Assembly (NCBI GenBank): GCA_963771275.1
Contig: CAVYSW010000010.1
Coordinates: forward strand, 672,001-736,000
Length of the DNA stretch: 64,000 nt
Source: an uncultured Gemmatimonadales bacterium
Lineage (GTDB): Bacteria; Gemmatimonadota; Gemmatimonadetes; Gemmatimonadales; GWC2-71-9
Reading direction: 5' to 3'
A model generated the notes under the pieces. The model worked only from the letters and a program-made list of their open reading frames with translations, did not search any database and had not been told where the DNA came from. Of this stretch, positions 53,265 through 61,800 are shown in pieces; positions within the stretch are counted from its first letter, which is position 1, and every line of letters begins with the position of its first letter. Position numbers and translations under genes: made by a program.

Positions 53265-54313
53265 CGATCCTCCCGCTCGATCACCTGCGGCGCCCCGGCG
53301 GTGATCCGGAGCCCGGCGCGGCGGAGGCGTGCGGCGTTCTCGCGCACCACGCCCTGTCGTTGGGCTTCCCACTCGGCCCGCACCCGTCCGTTCGCGGCGA
53401 TGTTCTCAGGGAGGTCGCGTCCCGGCCGGCTGGTGAGGAACCCTGCGAACCCGGCGAGGCTCACCGCCGCCCCGACGCCAAAGCGTGCGCCGGAGAGGGG
53501 GGCGTCCGGCGCGATCGCATTGGGGAGCAGGGCGACCGCCGTGCCGAGCACCAGGCCGCCGACCAGCGCCTGCAGGCCGGGCCCGGCGGTCGTGCGCTCG
53601 GGCAGCAGCAGCGAGTCCGGCGGCGGGGGCGGAAACGGCAACGTGTCCGGGAGCACCACGGCGATGGCCAGCGGCACCCGGGCAATGCGCTGCGTGACGC
53701 CGGACGAATCCGTCGAGGTCACGACCACCAGGTAGCGTCCTGCGCTCACCGGGTCGCCGGCCGCCGTCGCGCCATCCCATTCGGTCCGCAGGCTGTCGCC
53801 CACCGGGCCCGCATACACGCTCCGGACCATGCCGCCGTCCGCCCGAAGCACGTCCACCCGCACGGTGAGGAACGTGCTGCCGAACAAGTCAATCGGCAGG
53901 CCGGGCTCGCCGACTCGGAACGCCGCAGACTGGGCGATGCGCACCTCGGCCACCGGTGTGGCGCGCCGCGCGGCCTCGAAGCTCGACGTCACCTCGGGGG
54001 GAAACACCAGGCGGTCGATGCGGTAGCGCGGCGCGAAGCGCACCAGCCGGCGAAACGTGGCCTGGCCCGAATCGGGCCGGCCGCGGAAGATCTCGGTGGC
54101 GCCGAGGTAGACCAGCGCCGACGTGCGTTCGGTGTCCGCGATTCCCGGGGCATCCAGCGCGCGCTGCAGATAGCCCGCCGCCCGATCGAAGTCCAGGTTG
54201 CGATACGCCTGCATCCCGGCCTCGAGCAGCGGCCCGGCGGCCTGGGCCTCGGCGCGACCGGTGCCTGCCAGGGCGACGGCCGTGAGCACGACGGCGATGC
54301 ACCGTGCGCGCAT
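53261..54313 (-). CDS. Secreted TPR-like + FlgD-Ig-like protein with hydrophobic hairpin
   Basis: Signal AEA|Q; TPR-like helices; WDG....G..V..G.Y FlgD-Ig motif; poly-Pro; two Gly-rich hydrophobic helices. Confidence 0.7.
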   Translation of the reverse strand: MRARCIAVVLTAVALAGTGRAEAQAAGPLLEAGMQAYRNLDFDRAAGYLQRALDAPGIADTERTSALVYLGATEIFRGRPDSGQATFRRLVRFAPRYRIDRLVFPPEVTSSFEAARRATPVAEVRIAQSAAFRVGEPGLPIDLFGSTFLTVRVDVLRADGGMVRSVYAGPVGDSLRTEWDGATAAGDPVSAGRYLVVVTSTDSSGVTQRIARVPLAIAVVLPDTLPFPPPPPDSLLLPERTTAGPGLQALVGGLVLGTAVALLPNAIAPDAPLSGARFGVGAAVSLAGFAGFLTSRPGRDLPENIAANGRVRAEWEAQRQGVVRENAARLRRAGLRITAGAPQVIEREDR

Positions 54314-55812
54314 CAGGGCTCGAGCGGCTTGAGCACGATGTCGAGCAGCCGGAGTGTGTCTCCCGCTCCGATGCGAATGCGGCGCTCGAAGGTCACGAAG
54401 CCGTCGCGCACGACCCGCAGCACGTGGTCGCCGGAGGGCACCTCGACGTTCACGCGCGGCGTGTTGCCCAGCAGCTGGTCGTCGAGATACACGGCACCCC
54501 ACGGCGTGGCGTTGACCGAGAGCTTGCCGGGCGCGGGCGCCGGACGGGCTGTCGGCTGCCGTCTCGGCTCGGCCTGCGGCACGGGGGGCGGGGTCACCAC
54601 GGCGGGCGTGGAGTCGGCTGGGGGCTGGGCCAGTGGGGGCGCCGCGACGGGACCGGGTGCCGGCGCCGTCATGGTCGCCGGCGCGTCCGCCCATCCTTGC
54701 GTCGCCGGGCGTCGAAGCCAGCGCACGCCCGCCCCAACGGCGGCGGCCGCCGCAAGCAGCGCGAGGAGTAGCCCCCAGCGGATGCGACGACGGGGCTGCT
54801 CCCCATCGGGCACAACCACGAGGGTCGAGCCCTCCGGCCGGCTGGAGGGTGTCAGCAGCCCGCCGCTCGGTCTGACCGATCCGCCGCTCAGGACGGCCAC
54901 GAAATCGAGCACGCCGCCGAACCGTTCACTCGGGTCGTCCCGCAGCGCCCGCGTGATCGCGGTGGCCGTGCCGCCCGGGAGATCGGGCAGGAGCTCGCCG
55001 ATCGGGGTCATGGCCACGGCGCGCTCGCGGCGCACGTCGTCCACGGTGTCGCCGCTGACCGGCGGGCGGGCCGTCAGGCAGTAGTACGCGAGGGCGGCCA
55101 GCGAGTACTGGTCGGCGGCGGGGCCGAGCAGGCGGCCGTCGGTCATCTCGGGGGCGACGTACGGCAGGTCGAGCACCCCCTGCCATCCGGACTTGGGTCC
55201 CGCCGCCCGGTAGATCGCGGCCATCGTGCCGACGTCGCTGATGCGTGCCCACCCTTCCGGTTGCACCAGCACCGAGCGGGGGCCGATCCCGCCGTGGACC
55301 ACGCCGTTGCGGTGCACGTACTCGAGCCCGCTGGCGACCTGTTCGAGCAGGGCGAGACACCGCGGCAGCTCCATCCGGCCCTGTTGCTCGACGAGGGTCG
55401 CCAGGGTGCGGCCCTTGACCGGCTCCATCGCGTACCAGAAGTGGAATTGCGTCACCCCGTGCTTCGGCGTCGGCACGACATGGGGATGTCGCAGGCCGGC
55501 CGCCAACGTGGCCGCCTGCGCGAAGCGGTGCACGAGATCTCCGTCCACCGGGCCGAGTCGCGGGATCAGGCGGAGCGCGACGACGCGGTCGTCCTCGAGA
55601 TCGAGCGCGAGGTAGAGGATCGTATGCTGCTCCCGGCGCAGCAGCACCTGCAGCTCGAAGCGGTCCCCGAGCTCGCGCTGGACCGTCTCGTGGATCTCGT
55701 CCACGGGCGCCGGCTGCGCCGGCGCCAGGACGCCGGTGGGCGAGAAGCCGCACAGGACGCACTGATGCGTCTCAGGCGAGATCTCGGCGACGGAGCAGCG
55801 GGGGCAGATCAT
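54313..55812 (-). CDS. Zn-ribbon / Ser-Thr pseudokinase / TM / Pro-rich / PEGA protein
   Basis: CPRC..CVLC; kinase fold (HPHVV, YVAPE, ADQYSLA) with degenerate catalytic motifs; TM; C-terminal PEGA. Confidence 0.85.
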   Translation of the reverse strand: MICPRCSVAEISPETHQCVLCGFSPTGVLAPAQPAPVDEIHETVQRELGDRFELQVLLRREQHTILYLALDLEDDRVVALRLIPRLGPVDGDLVHRFAQAATLAAGLRHPHVVPTPKHGVTQFHFWYAMEPVKGRTLATLVEQQGRMELPRCLALLEQVASGLEYVHRNGVVHGGIGPRSVLVQPEGWARISDVGTMAAIYRAAGPKSGWQGVLDLPYVAPEMTDGRLLGPAADQYSLAALAYYCLTARPPVSGDTVDDVRRERAVAMTPIGELLPDLPGGTATAITRALRDDPSERFGGVLDFVAVLSGGSVRPSGGLLTPSSRPEGSTLVVVPDGEQPRRRIRWGLLLALLAAAAAVGAGVRWLRRPATQGWADAPATMTAPAPGPVAAPPLAQPPADSTPAVVTPPPVPQAEPRRQPTARPAPAPGKLSVNATPWGAVYLDDQLLGNTPRVNVEVPSGDHVLRVVRDGFVTFERRIRIGAGDTLRLLDIVLKPLEP

Positions 55813-55819
55813 CTGCTAG

Positions 55820-55828
55820 AAGGTAGCA
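55820..55828 (-). promoter_or_regulatory. Extended -10 (TGc-TACCTT) for the pseudokinase, leaderless candidate
   Basis: TGn+TAnnnT, then 7 nt, then ATG. Confidence 0.45.
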
Positions 55829-55867
55829 GGCCCGGGCTACTTCGGGGACACGAACCCCATCTGGCGT

Positions 55868-58800
55868 TCATTGGGTCGCGATGTTTCCTCTCGTGCCAGT
55901 CAGGTTCGAAGCATCAGTGGCCGTCACCGTGTGGATCGTCCCAGACGTTGCACTCGTCGTGAAGGTCACGGTGGCTAATCCGGCGGTATCCGTCGTGCTC
56001 GTTGGGAATGAGAATGTCCCTGGAGAGGTGCTGGAGGTACTGCTCCAAGTAACCACGATCCCGAGCGTCGCGACGGGATTGTCGTTCGCATCAGCCAGCT
56101 GTGCTGACACCGTTATTACCGTGCCGGCTACTGGGTTTGTGTCGCTTACCGTCACCAGGTATTGCGTCGCCGCCCCCACGCTCACCGCGAAGCTGCCTGA
56201 CGCCGGCAGCGTCGTCACCCCCGCCACTGTCGTGCTCGGTGTCAGCGTGTAGCTGCCCACCCTGTCTACGCTCAGCCCTGCAAACGTCGCCACCCCGTTC
56301 GTCACCGTCGCCGCGCTCCCACCGGTAAGCGTCGCCCCTCCCGGCACCGTCAACGCCAGGCTCACCGTCCCACTCGCCGCCGTCACCGGGTTGCCCTGCG
56401 CATCCTCCACCGTCACCGTCACCGCCGGACTCATCAGCGCCCCCGCCGCCACCGCACTCGGCTGCTGCGTGAAGCTCAGCTGGCTCGCCGCGCCCGCCGT
56501 CACCGTCACGGTCCCTGACGTCACGCCGGTCAAGCTCGGCGCCGCGAAGGAGAGCGTCCGATCCCCAGTCACCCCCGTGATCGCGAGATTGGTGAACGTC
56601 GCGACGCCACTCGCATTCGTCGTCGCCGTCAGCGTCCCACCCAGCGTCGGGCTGCCAGTCGCCAGCGCCGCCGTCACCACCACCCCGAGCTGACTCACCG
56701 CATTGCCGCTGGCATCCCGCAACTGCAGCACCGGCTGCTGCGGGAAGGCGATGCCACTCTGGACACTCGCCGAGGGCGCCGTGGTCAGGGTGAGCTGGCT
56801 CGCCGCGCCCGCCCCCACCGTCACCGTCCCTGACGTCACCCCCGTCAGGCTCGGCGCCACGAAGGAGAGCGTCCGATCCCCAATCGTCCCCGTGATCGCG
56901 AGGTTGGTGAACGTCGCGACGCCACTGGCATTCGTCGTCGCCGTCAGCGTCCCACCCAGCGTCGGGCTGCCAGTTGCCAGCGCCGCCGTCACCACCACCC
57001 CGAGCTGACTCACCGCGTTGCTACTGGCATCCCGCAGCTGGAGCACCGGCTGCTGCGGGAAGGCGATCCCACTCTGGACACTGGCCGAGGGCGCCGTGGT
57101 CAGGGTGAGCTGGCTCGCCGCGCCCGCCGTCACCGTCACCGTCCCCGACGTCACCCCCGTCAGGCTCGGCGCCACGAAGGAGAGCGTCCGATCCCCAATC
57201 ATCCCCGTGATCGCGAGGTTGGTGAACGTCGCGACGCCGCTGGCATTCGTCGTCGCCGTCAGCGTCCCACCCAGCGTCGGGCTGCCAGTCGCCAGCGCCG
57301 CCGTCACCACCACCCCGAGCTGACTCACCGCGTTGTTACTCGCATCGCGCAGCTGGACCACCGGCTGCAGCGGGAACGCCACCCCACTCTGGACACTGGC
57401 CGAGGGCGCCGTCGTCAGGGTGAGCTGGCTCGCCGCGCCCGCCCCCACCGTCACCGTGCCCGACGTCACCCCCGTCAGGCTCGGCGCCACGAAGGAGAGC
57501 GTCCGATCCCCAATCATCCCCGTGATCGCGAGATTGGTGAACGTCGCCACGCCACTCGCATTCGTCGTCGCCGTCAGCGTCCCACCCAGCGTCGGGCTGC
57601 CAGTCGCCAGCGCCGCCGTCACCACCACGCTCGACCTGACTCACGGCATTACCACTGGCATCCCGCAGCTGCAGCACCGGCTGCAGCGGGAACGCCACCC
57701 CACTCTGGACACTGGCCGAGGGCGCCGTCGTCAGGGTGAGCTGGCTCGCCGCGCCCGCCCCCACCGTCACCGTGCCCGACGTCACCCCCGTCAGGCTCGG
57801 CGCCACGAAGGAGAGCGTCCGATCCCCAGTCACCCCCGTGATCGCGAGGTTGGTGAACGTCGCCACCCCACTCGCATTCGTCGTCGCCGTCAGCGTCCCA
57901 CCCAGCGTCGGGCTGCCAGTTGCCAGCGCCGCCGTCACCACCACCCCGAGCTGACTCACCGCGTTGTTACTCGCATCGCGCAGCTGGACCGCCGGCTGCT
58001 GCGGGAAGGCGATGCCACTCTGGACACTCGCCGAGGGCGCCGTGGTTAGGGTGAGCTGGCTCGCCGCGCCCGCCGTCACCGTCACCGTCCCCGACGTCAC
58101 CCCCGTCAGGCTCGGCGCCACGAAGGAGAGCGTCCGATCCCCAATCGTCCCCGTGATCGCGAGGTTGGTGAACGTCGCGACGCCACTCGCATTCGTCGTC
58201 GCCGTCAGCGTCCCACCCAGCGTCGCGCCGCCAGTCGCCAGCGCCGCCGTCACCACCACGCTCGCCTGGCTCACGGCATTACCACTGGCATCCCGCAGCT
58301 GCAGCACCGGCTGCAGCGGGAACGCCACCCCGCTCTGGACACTGGCCGAGGGCGCCGTCGTCAGGGTGAGCTGGCTCGCCGCGCCCGCCGCCACCGTCAC
58401 CGTGCCCGACGTCACCCCCGTCAGGCTCGGCGCCACGAAGGAGAGCGTCCGATCCCCAGTCACCCCCGTGATCGCGAGGTTGGTGAACGTCGCCACCCCA
58501 CTCGCATTCGTCGTCGCCGTCAGCGTCCCACCCAGCGTCGGGCTGCCAGTCGCCAGCGCCGCCGTCACCACCACCCCGAGCTGACTCACCGCGTTGCTGC
58601 TCGCATCCCGCAGCTGCAGCACCGGCTGCTGCGGGAACGCCACCCCACTCTGGACACTGGCCGAGGGCGCCGTCGTCAGGGTGAGCTGGCTCGCCGCGCC
58701 CGCCCCCACCGTCACCGTGCCCGACGTCACCCCCGTCAGGCTCGGCGCCACGAAGGAGAGCGTCCGATCCCCAGTCGTCCCCGTGATCGCGAGGTTGGTG

Positions 58801-61800
58801 AACGTCGCCACGCCACTCGCATTCGTCGTCGCCGTCAGCGTCCCACCCAGCGTCGGGCTGCCAGTCGCCAGCGCCGCCGTCACCACCACGCCCGCCTGAC
58901 TCACCGCATTGCCACTGGCATCCCGCAGCTGCAGCACCGGCTGCTGCGGGAACGCCACCCCACTCTGGACACTGGCCGAGGGCGCCGTGGTCAGGGTGAG
59001 CTGGCTCGCCGCGCCTGCCGTCACCGTCACCGTGCCCGACGTCACCCCCGTCAGGCTCGGCGCCGCAAAGGAGAGCGTCCGATCCCCAGTCACCCCCGTG
59101 ATCGCGAGATTGGTGAACGTCGCGACGCCACTGGCATTCGTCGTCGCCGTCAGCGTCCCACCCAGCGTCGGGCTGCCAGTCGCCAGCGCCGCGGTCACCA
59201 CCACGCTCGCCTGGCTCACGGCATTACCACTGGCATCCCGCAGCTGCAGCACCGGCTGCAGCGGGAACGCCACCCCACTCTGCACACTGGCCGAGGGCGC
59301 CGTGGTCAGGGTGAGCTGGCTCGCCGCGCCCGCCCCCACCGTCACCGTGCCCGACGTCACCCCCGTCAGGCTCGGCGCCACGAAGGAGAGCGTCCGATCC
59401 CCAGTCACCCCCGTGATCGCGAGATTGGTGAACGTCGCGACGCCACTGGCATTCGTCGTCGCCGTCAGCGTCCCACCCAGCGTCGGGCTGCCAGTCGCCA
59501 GCGCCGCCGTCACCACCACGCCCGCCTGGCTCACGGCATTGCCACTGGCATCCCGCAGCTGCAGCACCGGCTGCAGCGGGAACGCCACCCCACTCTGCAC
59601 ACTGGCCGAGGGCGCCGTGGTCAGGGTGAGCTGGCTCGCCGCTCCAGGTGCGGCCGTTGCGGTGAAGGTGATCGGGCTGCCGGTCAACGTCCCGGACGAC
59701 ACCGTCAGCGCCTGCGACCCCGCCGTCGTCCCCAACGTCCACGTCACCGTCGCCCGGCCATCAGCAGCGGTGTTGACACTCGACGCCGACACCGATCCCT
59801 GCACCGACGTGAAGCTGACTGCCCGTCCCTGAACCGGATTCCCGAAAGCGTCCACGACAATCACTGTCGGTGCCGGACTCGCCGCCTGCCCCACCGTGCC
59901 CGCCAACGTCAGACTGCTCGCCGCCCGCAACGTGTCCGCAACCCCCGCCGTCACCGTCACCGTCCCGGACGTCGCCCCCGTCAGACTGGGCGCCGAGAAG
60001 GAGAGGGTCCGATCCCCGACGGTTCCCCCGATGGTCAAGTTCGTGAATGTCGCCACTCCCGCCGCACTCGTCGCCGCCGTCGGTGTCCCCGCTAGGGTCC
60101 CCCCACCCGTCGCGATCGCCGCCGTCACCACCACGCCGCCCTGACTCACCGCGTTCCCCGCTCCGTCCCGCAGCTGGACCACCGGCTGCTGCGGGAATAC
60201 TGCGCCACTTTGGACGGTCGCCGACGGCTGCGTCGTCAGCGTCAATTGCGACGCCGTGCCCGCCGTCACGGTCACCGTGCCCGAAGTAGCCCCCGTTAGC
60301 CCTGTCGCGCTGAAGGCCAGCGTCCGGGCGCCGATCGTCCCGGTAATCGCGAGGTTGGCGAACGTCGCCACGCCACTCGCATTCGTGCTTGCCGTCAGCG
60401 TCCCACCCAGCGTCGGGCTGCCAGTCGCCAGCGCCGCCGTCACCACCACGCTCGCCTGACTCACCGCGTTCCCGGCGCCGTCCCGCAACTGGAGGACCGG
60501 CTGCTGCGGGAACGCGATCCCGCTCTGCACACTGGCCGACGGTTGGGTGGTGATGGAGAGCGATGCAGCCGGGCCGGCCGTCAGATCAATCGGACCAGAG
60601 GTTGCCCCGGCCAGCCCAGTGGCGGAGAAGCCCAGCGTCCGTTGGCCCGCCGTGCCCGTGATGCTGAGGTTGGTGAACACCGCGGCGCCGCTGACGTTCG
60701 TGGCGAGCGTCGTCGTCCCGCCCAACGTGCCGGACCCCAGCACCAACTGGGTCGTGACACCGACACCACTCTGGGGCACGCTGTTGCCACTGGCATCCCG
60801 CAGCTGAATGACGGGCTGCTGCGGGAGGACGACGCCACTCTGCGCCGTCGTGGACGGCTGGGTCGTAATCGCAAGTTGCGCCGCAGGACCGGGCGTCACG
60901 CTGATGTCGCCGGACGTCGCGGACTGGTATCCGTCAGCCGCGAAGATGAGCCGGCGGGTCCCAATGAGTCCGGTGATGGCAAGATCCGCGAACCCGGCCA
61001 CACCAGCCGCGTCGGTGGCCACGGTGACCGTGCCGAGCAGCGTGCCGCCCCCAGTGAGAATGGCGGCTGCCACCGCCACCCCGGCCTGGCCAACGGGATT
61101 GCCACTCTGATCCTGCAGTTGAATGACGGGCTGCTGCGCGAACACGATCCCGCTCTGCACCGTGGACGATGGCTGCGTGGTGATGCCGAGTCGGGACCCA
61201 ACGCCCGCCCCGAGCGTGATGCTATTGGACGTGGCCGACGCAAGCGGGGGCGACTCGAAGCGCAGCGTGTAGGATCCCGTCGCACCGGTAATCGAGAGGT
61301 TGCTGAAGGTCGCAGCCCCGGCCGCATCGGTCGTGACGACGGTGGTGCCGCCTAGCGTTCCAGTGCCCGAGGCGAGCACGGCGGTCACGGCCCGTCCCGC
61401 ACCAGCCACTGGATTGCCGCTGGCGTCACGAACCTGCACGAGGGGCTGTTGCGCGAACGGCACTCCGCTCTGGGCGCTGTTCGAGGGCTGCGCCGTGATT
61501 CCCAGTGCCGCGGCCGGACCGGGGCCGACGATGATCGCATTCGACGTGTCGGGCACAAGACCAGCCGCGCCGAACTGCATGGTCCGGGTTCCCACAACCC
61601 CGGAGATCGCGAGATCGGTGAACGCCGCCGTCCCGCCGGCGCCGGTCGTGACCACGGTCGTACCGAGGAGCGTGCCCCCACCGGACGCGATGCTCGCCGT
61701 CACCGAGACGCCGCTCTGGGCAACCGCGTTGCCCGAGGGGTCTTGCAGCTGCACACTCGGCTGCTGCGAGAATGGCAGGCCGCTTTGCGCGGAGCCGGAG

